NCBI GenBank assembly: GCA_010909165.1
Contig: MU008214.1
Span: 62,001 to 126,000 of the forward strand
Length of the DNA: 64,000 bases
Origin: Anthoceros angustus
Lineage: Eukaryota > Plantae > Anthocerotophyta
Direction: 5' to 3'
The notes beneath the pieces are model-generated. The model was not told where the DNA came from and searched no databases. It worked only from the letters and a program-made list of their open reading frames with translations. The first letter of the stretch is position 1; each line of letters begins with the position of its first letter. A program made the translations under genes and the position numbers. Shown here in pieces: positions 1 to 12,250 of this stretch.

Positions 1-600
1 TGGGCAAGCCATGTCGGATGGCAGGGGGCCTCCTCGCACCCCCGAACGCGACCCTTGGAGAGGCGAGTGGAAGCCAGGACTCTCTTCTGCCGCATTCTCG
101 CCCTCCCAGATCGCCCCGGCTGCCCCTTCCAGGTACTGCCCGTTGGCTCCCTGCCATTTCACGACTGCACCCATCCTTCACGCATCACCGACCGGTGAGG
201 TTGTGCACAGCCACCTGCACCAGCATTTCTTCATCAGCATTTTGCACTTCGCATTGTTACCATTGGCAAGATAGCATGTGGCACGTGCAGTCGGAGCGAC
301 AACGAGCTAAGGAGAACGCACTGATCAAGTTAGGCTTTGTGGACAGGCTCCCCAACGGCCCCTCCTTCCTAAGCCACAATCTCTTCATCACCAAAGTGCG
401 CCTGCTGTTGAAATCCTTAGCTCCCACGCCTCCTCCTGGTCCCAATTCCCTCCAAACAGCAGATCCCGGCTTCTCACCTCCTCCCTCGCCTCCTCCTCCC
501 GTTTCCGCTCCCCGCTCCCGGCCCCGCTCCAGATCTGCCAATTCCTCCCCCATCTCCTTCGCCCACCCGGCCCTGTCCCCCGCCACATCCAATTCCCTCA
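1..600 (-). mobile_element. Probable L1-like LINE remnant (region C-terminal to RT)
   Basis: ORF 257-592(-) contains AVWRELGPGGGVGAKDFNSRRTLVMKRLWL, resembling the plant L1 motif W..LC.PK..GGLG.KD...N.ALL.KW.W. Degenerate, ends undefined. Confidence 0.35.
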
Positions 601-1258
601 GCTTTCACTCCCCTTCCACCACATCCATCCTGGTTTCATCCCCGCCACCCTGCTCCTCGCCGGCCACTTCCACCTATCCTCCCTCTAACTCCTCATCTGC
701 CATCTCCTTTGAGCACGGCCGGCCCAACAACATCAGGACTCGGCCATTTGACTCTCCATTTTCTCAGCACACCCACAGCTTGTTCCAGCATTCCCCAACG
801 GCAAATCAGAATCAGCTTGCTTTCCATAACAAGTCTCTCATCTAGACCATGTCCTTTCCATGTGTTTACCTAGCTTCTTCTTCTTAGGCTTTCACCCCGC
901 ATTCCCACCTAGTTCTAGTTCGTGTATGCATTCAAGGGCAACAAGTCTCTCACAACACGCCCATTTTCATTATAACATACCTACTAAAACATATTAATTT
1001 CTTGCTTATGAAGTTGTGTATTTGCTGTTGCATAGTTTGTGGAGCTTTGTGATTTGATACTAAAGCAAAAACGAATTTTGCTTCAGATTAACAACCAAGA
1101 GTGCCAAACAGAAATCTGCTGAACTTCAATTGGGTTTGAAGCGGAGGCAATTTTAGGTTTGGTTCATTACTCTTTCCTGTCTCAATATATCAAAAATAAA
1201 TATTTTATTTAAAATTTATAATATATATTAATTAAGCTTCACAATATACAAAACAGAA

Positions 1259-1790
1259 ATGACAAGGCACAGACGCCATAGGAAAGGACGACGAGGAAAG
1301 CGTGGCCGTAGGCGAAAAGGTCATCGTCGCCACAAACGAAGGTAAATATATTAGCATCACAAACATAGAAATAGATAACTAAAGAATTTTTAGTTGAATT
1401 TTTTTACTAATATTTTTTTCCCACACATGGTTATTATAGTGCTGCAACTTCTGGAGGAGTAGGAGCTCGGCGTAAACGAGCAATGCCAGCGTATATGTAT
1501 TTCTGTAAGAACAATAGGAAACATATACTTGCTCAGCACCCCAATATTTCCTTTGGACAAGTTGGCCGATTGTTGGGCCAACAATGGAGGCGATTATCAG
1601 ATAGGGAAAAACAGGTATTTATTCAATTTATAAAAAACCAGATTTATTTTTGAGAATTATTTATTTCATTTTACCCTGATACACTTGGATAAAATTCTTT
1701 TGGTTTACTAAATTGCAGCCATATATACAACAAGCCGAAAAAGCTAAGAGAGGTCGTGGTGTAGCAGTAAAACGACGAAGACGGACTTAA
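1259..1790 (+). CDS. Arginine-rich (protamine-like N-terminus) single HMG-box protein, 109 aa
   Basis: Exons 1259-1341, 1440-1614, 1719-1790; GT-AG introns with ACTAA branch-like motifs. Spliced product: MTRHRRHRKGRRGKRGRRRKGHRRHKRSAATSGGVGARRKRAMPAYMYFCKNNRKHILAQHPNISFGQVGRLLGQQWRRLSDREKQPYIQQAEKAKRGRGVAVKRRRRT*. The core matches NHP6/HMGB-type HMG boxes. Confidence 0.85.
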
Positions 1791-2784
1791 ATTGGTCTAA
1801 CAACAAAGACATACTTAAATTGGTCTAATGGGATCAACAATGAGATGATGACTGTATTTAAAATGTTTGATCCCATTGTGTGTAGCATGTTACCTAAAAA
1901 TACAAATGGTTTATGTATGTATTTATAAATAAAAAATCTACACACAAGATAGTTGAGCAAGTGACACAATTGAATGTAATATAATATTTGGTATTGGTAA
2001 TACCAAACTATAAACTATGTAGATATACTATTATATTGATACATCTATATTTTTTTATATTGACACAATTAACATAAAGATATGTGAACATAAAAGCAAG
2101 ATGCTCAATCTCTTGAACATGTTTCTAATGTTGTATTTCTTGGGTAGGGATTGTGCTTTCTGTTCTTTGATAGAGTTGTGTTCCTTGGATAGGATATCCA
2201 TGGATATGCTGTCTCATCTTTGTTTATTAACATAAAGACCCTCCCAATTGTGTTTTTAGAGAGAAAAGTTCAATTTGTGAATCAATTTCTTTTTAAATTA
2301 CATATCAAAGGTAAGTCAATGTCCTGTGATAATAGATGTGACCATCCCTTTGTGTACCTATACCTAGAATAAAATGAGATGTTTTTATTAAGGATAAAGA
2401 AGAGATGAGGTGAACTCATCTACAGAAAGACATAAAACACTCTTTCAGATAACTCATGTTAAGATAGTTGCTATTATAGAATAACTATATGTAGTCAAAT
2501 AGTGCTCATGATTATGTTATTAATTTAAAAAATAAATTATTCTTGATTTATTATAATAGCTCTCTTATACGAAATGTACTTGATTGTTTTTGTAAATGTT
2601 ATAAAAACACCACACAAGGTAGTTAACAAACTTTTCTCTAGGAATTGCATTCAAATTATGTCATTGTGCAGCTTGCTACCATCTCCTTTTGCAAGGCCTG
2701 TCCGCCTCATGTTATAATTGGCTTTGCTGGTATCTTGTATCTAGTTTTGGACTAGTTCTTATTCAATTATATTCACTGTGTTAA

Positions 2785-3855
2785 ATAAGTCGAGATCGGG
2801 TGAATCCACTTTTGAGCTTAACCCAGAACAACGAATCAACTCATCTTGAGTCGATTCGCCCACTTTTAGGATGCCTATTTTTTTACGCAGCCATTGGCAT
2901 TGAGGCCTTTGAGCAAAGTTTGCTGGAGGGATGTGCACCATGTAATAAAGTGCAGCGTATAATAAAATTAGTATCAATCAATCAATATGACAGATTTTAC
3001 AGTGAAAAAATGGCCGTAGCTATGAGCATCTACATGACATTATCTTGAAAAATTCTACAATGTGCTCCTCAACCATGGCTCTTCAACTTTGGGTAGCGCT
3101 GAAATGTTTTTTTGTACATGGAAACTGGTTTGCACATGGTAGAAAGCTCGGATGGGACAACTTTTTTGTTTCTTGGGTGTACATGATCATGTCTTGCACT
3201 GCCAATAATTTTTGCTGAAACATTCAAGGTGAACGAACGAAAATGCTCTTCCTCATTCAAGTATCCATGCCTTCGTGAACTGACTCGAAAAAAAGGGGGA
3301 GCATGGTGGAGGAGCAGAAACTTTTTTGAAAGACATGCAAAGAGAGAGGAGAACCGCCTTGTAATTGTCGTGCAAAGCACACAGCCAAGTTATTTTTGTG
3401 GAATTAGTCATTGGATAAACCGTCTTAATGCAGCAAACCAGCCGAAAAACTTGCTTAAGCATTCATGGGTTAAAAAAAATGAAATCCAGAATGATCATGG
3501 AACTCAAATTGAGACCTTGAGCTTGTTTCTCGGAAATAGGAATATCAAAATGATGGTAAATAATTTTTTGCATCATGACCTAATTTTCCTGAGAAAGGAT
3601 GCATCTATTTATGTGTCAAGCATGTTCAGCCGGCTTCATTTCACCCAAAGAATCGGAATAGGAAGTGAACGAATCTTCATAGCGTTTCTAGTGATGTGAG
3701 GCCGTTACTTGCTCCCTAGTTGTGCAATGGGAGTATGACTATTGGCACTAGGAAGTGAAAGAATCTTCAAAGCATTTCTAGAGATGTGAGGCCGTTGCTT
3801 GCACCATTCTTGTTCAGTGGGAGCATGAATAGTGTGCCCTACTAAATGAAACATT
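2785..3855 (+). pseudogene. Heavily decayed reading frame of unknown family
   Basis: One + frame reads protein-like across many stops (GESTFELNPEQRI, RMPIFLRSHW, GRSYEHLHDIILKN, WFAHGRKLGWDNFF, CKERGEPPCNCRAKH). A ~90-bp internal duplication gives DVRPLLAP twice. Confidence 0.3.
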
Positions 3856-4039
3856 TGACTAAATAGTCTTTGAGAATTTATTAAACTACAATATGTCAAG
3901 AAAAGAAGAAAAAAAAAACCTCTCATATTGAACAAAACCTTCCTAACACGATGGGCACATCATACCGCAGCACACTTGTCCGGTGGAGCCCTAAGTGGTG
4001 TTATTGGAAATCCCTTGTGTAGAGTGCATGTGGAGACTT

Positions 4040-4145
4040 TATGTAAAACAGAGATGGGAAAAACCCATCTACCATGATGAGACGAACGCTTTGAAGGGCA
4101 ACAAGCCAAGGGGAACTAGCCTCCTTGAGGGGGAGGCGCATGCAT
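4040..4145 (-). mobile_element. 3' end remnant of CRE-like non-LTR element
   Basis: Ends in GATGGG-TTTTT-CCCATC stem-loop plus T-rich tail; homologous by eye to 4990-5155. Confidence 0.45.
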
Positions 4146-4359
4146 ATTTTTTTTAATTTGATAATCTATTAATTCAAAAAAAGTAAAAAACGGATTTACA
4201 TACTATTTGTGAAGAAAATGGGGTTACCATTTTGGGTTTAAAGGAGACCTCAAGGTCAGGATAAGAGAGCAACTAAGCTCCATACATAATGTTATATATA
4301 ATGCCCCAGTTGTCATTACCAAGAGATGGGAGAGCTTAGATGAGAAAAGAAGACTATAT

Positions 4360-4910
4360 TATAAAAAAGAGATGGGAAAAACCCATCCACCCCAAAAACA
4401 AAGGGGGAAAAATCCAACGAAGGTCACCATGCAGGGGACTAGCCCCCACGACACGCATTTCAAAACTACTAACCGCCTGGAGAACTTCGTGGTTTGAAAA
4501 GGCCTACTTACCACCAGTGTTGAAGAAGCTGCATCTCCGGCGCTCGCTGTCGTTCTGTACACCGCGTTGCCCAATGCCCTCTGTAGAGCGATGGAAACCC
4601 TCTGCCGGAAGAAAGCAACAATACAAGAAATGGGAGGCCAACCCCATTCTTGCGGCTATGATAAGCCTTGGCGTAGGCCTTGACGAACCTAGAGAAATCC
4701 TTACCCATGGCTCTGTGAGTCTCAATGGCAAGGGGGACAAAGGCGTGGCCGTCCTGCATAGGAGAGTACTTGTAGACTTTAGCCGTCGTGCATCCCTCTG
4801 CCGCCTAACCTGGAGAGTTAAGAAAAATATGTTCGCAGACACTGTCTCGGGTGGGAATCGGTTACAACCACATCAGCAACCGAAACCTGATCCCCCCAAG
4901 TCAAAAATAG
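4360..4910 (-). mobile_element. 5'-truncated CRE-like non-LTR retrotransposon (RLE endonuclease C-terminus plus 3' UTR)
   Basis: Frameshifted translation ADVVVTD...KVYKYSPMQDGHAFVP-AIETH...VAFFRQRVSIALQRALGNAVY, typical of restriction-enzyme-like endonuclease clades. Ends in the same stem-loop at ~4370-4388. Confidence 0.65.
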
Positions 4911-4989
4911 ATTAGCCCTAAGCAAAACCCCGTTGAGCAAGGTATAAGGGCGCTCCCTAAAAGGAAGGAACTCGCCTTCCCTAGCAATA

Positions 4990-5155
4990 GAGAACATGAC
5001 GTCCTAGACGGCGTCATGCGTAGCGATACGCTGCCCACCCGGGTGATTTCAAGATGGGTGATCACAAGGCCTAGTCCCATCTTGGCCTTGTGCCCTCCAA
5101 AGGGTTGTTCGCTTAATCTCGGAGAAGATGGGATTTCCCATCTCTTTTTTATATA
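4990..5155 (+). mobile_element. 3' end remnant of CRE-like non-LTR element
   Basis: GATGGG-ATTT-CCCATC stem-loop followed by TCTTTTTTATAT; similar to the reverse complement of 4040-4145. Confidence 0.45.
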
Positions 5156-5864
5156 AATTCTTCACGTTTCTGTAAAATCACATTCATAACGTAGATTTGG
5201 TTGTCGCTAAACTGAGGATTGCCCCTGCCAATGCCCTGTTTTTTTTGGAGAGCACTGGACTCACATTAGGCCAAATGGACGCACATTTATAAGAACGCCA
5301 TGATTAAGCATCCTGAGCTTAGATCGGTACTTAGATGGGGTGCCTAAAGGGAGTGGATGCCCTTGGAGCAAGTAGCTTAGGCACACCATGGTACAAGTTG
5401 TTAAGTACCAAGTCCCATGACGGAAATCCGTCCTTAGCGGACTTAAATAAAATTCTTCTTCTTCTTCTTCCCTTTCAATTTTAATTTTTGTTAATATTTA
5501 TTATTTATTTCTCACAAAATGTAGAACATCGTCCTCATTTTTTATGTGATATTTTGACCATGTCGACAATTGGCAAGCTTGGCCTTGGAGTAACAAGAAG
5601 AAAGATTTTTCTTGTGAACAAGGTTTTAAGACCTAAGGAAACAATATATGGGTTGCAAATGCAAATGCCTTGCCCTACGGGGCTACTCCTAAATGAATCT
5701 CTTATGCGGGGCTTCGATGTAAATTTGATATATATATAAAGTCTCCAAACTTGCTAAAAAAAGAACGTCTTGCCTTTGCCTTTGGATAGCTCACGGGTAT
5801 TTAGTCGCCTAGGCCTTCTGTACAATTGAGTTGTGCAGTCTCGTTTTTGAATTGTCCTAGTAAA

Positions 5865-6085
5865 AAATTCCTTACTAGGATTTTGTCTTCATTTTGATTT
5901 GTGTCCTCTCGTACCCAATTGCTTAATAGGATTCTGTTTTAATTTTAAATTGTGTCCATGGTACAAAATTGCATACTAGGATTTTGCTTTGATTTTAAAT
6001 TATGTTCTTTGGTACAAAACTATTTACTAGGATTTTGTTTTGAATTGTATCCTATTGTACAAAATTTCTTACTAGGATTTTGTGG
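5865..6085. repeat. Degenerate ~55-60-bp tandem repeat (about 5 units)
   Basis: Recurring TACTAGGATTTTG and GTACAAAA motifs. Confidence 0.6.
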
Positions 6086-6550
6086 TGATAGCTATAAGTT
6101 ATACTTCACTCTGTAAGTATCTCTACATGTCGTACTGAATTCCTTGAGAGTACTTATTGTGATTGACAGGCCAAGGCTACAGCGACACTTGTTTAATTGG
6201 GACACGAGAACTAAGATAAAATGGTGTAAGCTATATCAAATAAAAATTGGGGCACGGAAACTAAGATAAAATGGTGTAGGCTACGTCAAATAAAAAGCAG
6301 AACTGTATACTGGCTATGGTGTCGTCCTTGAGTTAGGGCAAGCTGGATCTGCGTGGTGGGTCATGAATTGAATTGTGATTTGTTCCCTCATACCTACATG
6401 GGTCGGAGGATACCTAAGCTTGAATGTGGCCGCAAACTGGAGAACTGTTCTTTCGAAACGTTCAAAAGGTAGTGAGTGTCCGGTAGTCTCCATTTCGTTG
6501 CCGGGATTTGACCCTGGGTCACTTGGGTTTGGTTGTTCAGCCTCTAGTCT

Positions 6551-6870
6551 ACAACAACAACAACTTTATTTGTGTGTACAAGAATCACCATGGGACAGAA
6601 CTTGTACAACCGAAAATTGGATGAAGGAGGGTGTACACATACGTCTAGACTAATAAACTCAAACAGGGAGAATAAAAGGCTGAGAAAACTGAGGAAATAT
6701 AAGAAAATTATAGGGAGCCAAGCAAGGTCAGCCTATGATCAAGCATCTCAAAAAGACATAGAGCAGACAGCCTGGGAATCTGGGAATAAGTTGGAAAAAA
6801 ATGAATGTGAAGACAAGACAGCCTGGGAATCTGGGAATATGTTGGAAAAAAGGGAATGTGGAGACGTTAT
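6551..6870 (-). mobile_element. 3' fragment of a (GTT)n-tailed non-LTR element (RTE/RTEX-like)
   Basis: ATAAAGTTGTTGTTGTTG tail like that at 54632-54655; internal ~48-bp tandem duplication (GACAGCCTGGGAATCTGGGAAT). Confidence 0.45.
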
Positions 6871-6871
6871 G

Positions 6872-6990
6872 TAAGAAAAGAGATGGAAAAACCCATGGAT
6901 CCCAAACGGAAAAGGGGGACAACCCCACCAAGGGCACCGAAAAAAACAAAAACCGCAGCAACGAAGTATGCTTTGACCGACCTGTAAGGT
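6872..6990 (-). mobile_element. 3' end remnant of CRE-like element
   Basis: Variant terminal stem-loop (AGAGATGGAAAAACCCATGG on +), with context similar to 4360-4440. Confidence 0.35.
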
Positions 6991-7149
6991 AAGTATATTT
7001 TTGATTCAACCCGTCATTTAACCTGGATTTAATACTTTACCTGGCCTTGAATGCTGTTTCTCGAGTTGCAGACTGTTCCATGCCAAACCATTCCATTGAA
7101 ATTTTGCGTTCCATGTCACGCCAAACCATTCCATGCGCTGCGTTATTGT

Positions 7150-7275
7150 GGTTGTCCTTGGTGCCTTGTTGCTGTCGTTTTTGGTGCTTTGTTGATGTAG
7201 TTTTTGGTGCTTTGTTGCTGTAGTTTTTGGTGCTTTGTTGCTGTAATTTTTGGTGCTTTGTTGTTGTTGTTTGCT
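7150..7275. repeat. 23-bp tandem repeat x5
   Basis: TGGTGCTTTGTTGCTGTAGTTTT units; related in reverse complement to the 62205-62395 array. Confidence 0.8.
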
Positions 7276-7749
7276 GCTTTGTTGCCGGAGTTGGTAGCCT
7301 CAATATATGTTTTGGAGGTGATGAAAAGGAGTCGGGGAACGAGAGTTTCATGCCTGGAGCAGTAGTGGGAAGGGTAGGATCAGACCGGTTGAGGCTACAG
7401 GTGCTGAGGCCACTTCTGCTGCTCCCCTACTCTATGGCATGGTTTCCATGCCTTTGGACGCTGTCTATCGATTGGCAGCCTGGACGATCGGAGGACTCCA
7501 GCTCTCCAGCCTTTGTACTCCTTGAGCTTGGAGTGAAAGTAGACCCATACTTCCGGCGACTTGTGCAAGTCCCGCGGGTACTTCAAATTGTCGAAGATCC
7601 TGTCCCCGAGCAAAAAGACCACCGACACCACTCCCATGAGCTGCGCCTTAACAGGCATTGTGTACATCCAAACAGGTGTGCAACAGGTTAGCAACCACAG
7701 GAACCAGAAGCACGCCGAGGCTGAACCTGCAGAGTGATCATTACACGAC

Positions 7750-8830
7750 ATTCACCTGTGCCAGTCGCGTTTGCAGAGCTTGAAGCTAGTAACTTCTGCC
7801 TCATGCTCATGCAACTGGCTTCCCAACAGACCCGGTCATCAGTCAAAGCAACCTAGCAGCAACAACAGGGCACAGCACAAGCCAAAATCGGCCATCTCCC
7901 TCCTTCCCTTACCAATGCCATCCTCCTCCTTGCAATCCTGCTGGCCAGCATGTGCCCGCAGATTGTGCTGCTACACTACCTGCTCTTTGTAGCCTGAGTA
8001 GTAATAGTGGGACTGTTTGTCGGGAGTATATGGCCCCAAGGCATCAGGTCACCTCGTTATTCAAATTGGGTGTTGCTATCTCTTCCGCCTACAGTGACAC
8101 AACAGTTACCTCATGCTTCTTGTTTCATTTGCCCATGCAGAACAAGCTAGGGCCCTGTCGACCGAGCACATGTTGTCAAAAACATGGCTGCGCATGCGCA
8201 TCTCATGGAACAGTTGTATGGCCTGGTAACATTTCCCATGTTTAGCATGTGGGGAAGACCACACGAAGGAATTTGGTCTGCCCGCGCTGGTGAACAGATG
8301 CATGGTTTCTTTAAGTTAATCTCCACCATGCATACAATGCGCAACATAGGGTTCCCCAAAACCGCATTTGAGTCGTCCCCAAGCCTAACGAAGTGTAACA
8401 GTGAGATCATGCACTCGTTCCCCCAAAAAGTACATCCTTCAAGATTAGCTGCAGCTGCGCACAATTCAAACACAGTGAGATGACACAAAAGAGGACAAAT
8501 AGGTGATAATCTGTCTGCGCCAGAAATTCCAGGGCTCCAGCAGCCTGTTCGGTACATAATAGGGTTGCTCAGCTGACATAACATATGCCCGGATCTGGTT
8601 GCCAAAGAGGATGTGCCCACACAAAAGACAGCCGAGAATGTGCAGGGAGGGCCACCAGATGCTTGCCCTTAAAGGAAATGCAATGCAAAGCCTGGTTCTC
8701 GGCACCAAACTGTAAACCACCTTTGTTCTCTGCGGAAGAATGAGGATAAGCAAGGAGACGAGTTATCACTAAAACGAGAGAATGCAGAGCTATCCATAGC
8801 CAGGTCCCCACGAAAATAGCCTAGCAGGAA
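7750..8830 (-). pseudogene. PLS-class pentatricopeptide repeat pseudogene
   Basis: Frameshifted PPR motifs: CAAAANLEG...RLGDDSNAVLGNPML, HLFTSAGRPNSFVWS...HAKHGKCYQAIQLFHEM, HVFDNM, CGHAGQQD-like. Confidence 0.7.
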
Positions 8831-9381
8831 TTTGGAAGATAAGCTTCAGGGACTCAGCTGGAAGTGTCGTCGGACTCTCTATGGACAGAAAGGGTAAGCA
8901 GGTCGGAGCATATCCTAAACGTCACATACCTAGTTCATCGAGGAAGATAACAAGGGTTTGCAGATTACGTGCAGTTTACTGAAACGAAAGACATACATAC
9001 TAAAAACCATCAGCCCTTACCTGCAGCTAGTACTACCGACGTGACGGGCCTTGCCATGATCGTGGTCGTGAACGCGATAGCTACTAGCTCGTCATGAGCG
9101 AGATCCTCCTGCAGGCATGTACATTTCCAGAACAATGATGTGCTGTGGTCGTTGGGAGCTCACGATTATAGCAAGATGTGTTTCATCCACCATCCACACT
9201 CGGTTTCCGTGCTTCCCTTCCTGGCACACTTATCCCTGCAGAGTTTCCTTACACGCCAAGAATTTCCTCGTACAAAGCTGCTGCAGGCGCCTACAAGAGC
9301 AGCGAGCTCAGCCCACAATTGCATTGCTTGCATCTGCTGCATAATCTGTGCTTGCTGCGCTTACGATCTTGAAGAATCATC

Positions 9382-11175
9382 ATGTCGACTCCCAACTCCG
9401 TGGACGCTCTTGCTCCCAAGCAGGCCGTGGAGGCGTTCAAGTCTGACGCTGGCACACTCCACGTGTGGCGGGCTGAGAAGGTCCCCTTGCTGAAGGAGGC
9501 CCAAGTGGCGGCGTCCAGGTTCACTCTGTATCAGAGGGCGCTGGCTGTGCCCCAGTTCTCCGACAGCAACCAGATTTACTACGTCTTGGAAGGTCTGTGC
9601 AAGCTTGTCGATCTATCGGCACTTCTCAAGGCTGTGTTGCAGGGCAGGCTTTGCAAGTATGATGGGTTCTCTTCAGGATGGCAACACTTGACGTGGGCAT
9701 GGCCTGAGCATTTGAAATCGTTGTATGCAGGGTCGGGGCTTGTGGGAGTGGCATTTCCTGAAGCAACGCGGGAGGTTGTCCGAGAGGTTCGTAAAGGAGA
9801 CGCGGTGGCAGTGCCATTCGGCTCGGTTCACTGGTGGTTCAATGGTAACGCGAACCCGCTTTCCGTGCTCAGCTTGGCCGACACGTCCAGGGCTCATCTT
9901 CCCGGCCTCAAGCTCACTGTGAGTTCAATTTGCATGCTGTGTGTGGAGAAGCTTGATACCGTCATGAATTCAGATGTCTCGTGGAACGTCCGGACATGCG
10001 AGCTTTTTCTGTCCCCAGGTCACTGCTGACAGTAATGTTGTTGCAATTTGCCTTGCCCCTGGGCCCTGCCAGAATGCTTACCTCACGGGCGAGGGGAGCG
10101 TGATGCGAGGATTTTCAACGGATTTTCTTGCTCAGGCATGGGACCTCCCGGAGGCCACCATTGAGACGTTGGTGGGGAGTCAGAAGAAGGGAGTGTTTGT
10201 GACAGTGGGTGAGGGATATCAGTTTCCCAAGCCCGATCCCGTTGGCGTTGCTGTTGATGAGGTTGCAGCTGCCTACGGAGAGTTCGTCTTTAATTGCGAG
10301 GACGCCAAGAAGGACGTGGACGTGAAGAACGGAGGCCGTGTGGCTGTGGTGTCCAGCGACAATTTGGAGATTCTGAAGCACATCGGGCTGGGCGCGGATT
10401 TGGTGAAGCTGGACCCGGTGGGTGCTTGCAACTGGGTTTGCCAATTGCCATGAGCTTGTTCACTTTACTTGCTCCAACATGGTACACTTGTTGTTGTTTG
10501 CACTCCGCGACTGCAGCCGAGTTGATAACCACTGTGCATAATGTGCATGCATTGGGATGCAGGGCGCCATGTGTTCCCCAGGCTTCTCTGCAGACTCTGC
10601 CTTCCAGGTGACCTACCTGGTGAGAGGCAGTGGCAGAGTGCAGGTGGTGAGTAATTCGGGTGAGCGGGTGGTGGACGCACAGCTGAAAGCAGGAGATTTT
10701 TTCATTGTGCCTCGCTTCCACGCTGTGTCTAAGCGCGCTGGGGAGGAAGGACTGGAGTGGTTTTCCATCATCACCTCAGCAAGGTACCCTTCGCTTGCAA
10801 GTGCTGTTCAAAGAAAGATTTGTTGTCGTCTGGAAAGTGGTACTAGTACATAGTTGCTGAGACGCATGCTGGATATGCTGGCTGGAAAGACTGTGAGAAC
10901 CTGAGTGCGATTGATGAAAACTGACATGGAACCTTGCAAGGTACATGTCTTAATAGCCTGAAGTGGAAGTATATGCTGACCACGTCCACGTCCTGTATGG
11001 TGGCCTTGGGTGCAGACCAGTATTCAGTCACCTGGCTGGCAGGACGTCTGTGTGGAAGGCTCTGTCACCAGCTGTGCTGCGTGCAGCGTTCAATGTGGGA
11101 GAGGATGTGGAGAAACAGTTTCGTGGGCGTCGCACACTGGATGCCATTTTCTTCCCCCCCAGCACCAAGCAGTAG
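9382..11175 (+). CDS. 11S globulin/glutelin-like bicupin (RmlC-like cupin)
   Basis: Exons 9382-9592, 9731-9918, 10073-10417, 10563-10783, 11016-11175, all GT-AG and in frame. Motifs PQFSDSNQIYYVLEG, GDAVAVPFGSVHWWFN, AMCSPGFSADSAFQVTYLVRGSGRVQVV, PVFSHLAGRTSVWKALSP. Confidence 0.92.
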
Positions 11176-12159
11176 GAGCTATAACTGCTAGGAGTAGGTC
11201 CGATAGTAGACACTTGAAGAGCTTGATGCACAACTGCCACTGCCCACCAGTTGTCTACTGCTCAGACGTCATGAGTCTACTATGTCTATAGATAGCCCTG
11301 CAGATAGTTGCTGCAGCCACTGGGCAATTTTGGTGGTGGTGTGGCGTGGACACACACAAGGCAACAATATTATATTTTCCTTATAATTTTTTGCTTTGAA
11401 AGCTTGTTTGGTGCGCACAAACAACCGACTCCTGACATTAGTGAATGTGTGGCATGCTTGTTGCATCTTTGGTTTGTGTGAACCTTGGGTGGGTGGTGAT
11501 CACGGCTGTGCGGACCGTTCCAGCACAGGATTCACTGACACTGTATGGAAGTAGAGAGCTGTTGTTGCTGTTTGGGCAGTAGTTGATCTGAGCCTGTGCC
11601 CTTTCCGAAGTCTAATTTTGAAGCTTGTGTGCAGGGGTCAAGGCACGTGATTAGAGGCTGTTGTGCGAGACGTGCGAAATATGTGGTTGAAGTTGCAAAA
11701 AAGACGAGGAAGACAAGACAAGTGTGGGAGGCACGCTGCCCAGTTGTTGCCCATTGGCTCCCAACGGGCCTCCCTTTCCGCGCCTCTGCTCCCCTTTTCT
11801 CCCCTTTTCTCTGCTCAGCTCAGCTCAGCTCTGCTCTGCTCTGCTCTTCCGAGCAGCAGTAGGAGCAGTCAAGTCAACGGCCCGTAGAGATGCCCATCGC
11901 CTACACATGTATGTACCTGTGCCAGGACCAGTGTGCAGTTAGGTCTGTGTAGTGTGTACCCTTGTTCTAGAATCCACTAATACGTATGCGGTACACATGC
12001 CTGTTTGTATGTGGGTATAGCGTCAAAACCCCACCATAGCCTGGATTTTGATATTTGACTGGGCTGGCGGAGAGCAGACAAGCGGCCTGACACATGTGCC
12101 CCCATGTAGCTCATCAAGGTGGCAGGTAGCATGCAATGTGAAAGCGAGGAAAGACAGCT

Positions 12160-12250
12160 GGGGAAAGGAAGGGAAGCCAAGGGAAGGGAGGGGAAGGGAA
12201 GGGAAGGGAAGGGAAAGGAAGGGAAAGCAAAGCAAAGCAAAGCAAAGCAA
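12160..12250. repeat. Compound (GGGAA)n(GCAAA)n microsatellite
   Basis: Visible directly in the sequence. Confidence 0.9.

Noticed and set aside
6485-6551. Functional tRNA gene
   Set aside because: Only degenerate A- and B-box-like motifs, no full cloverleaf, and interrupted by an insertion; treated as a SINE-like remnant.
7395-7751. Protein-like ORF (DRIFDNLKYPRDLHKSPEVWVYFHSKL)
   Set aside because: Possibly a gene fragment, but no family recognised and no complete gene structure.
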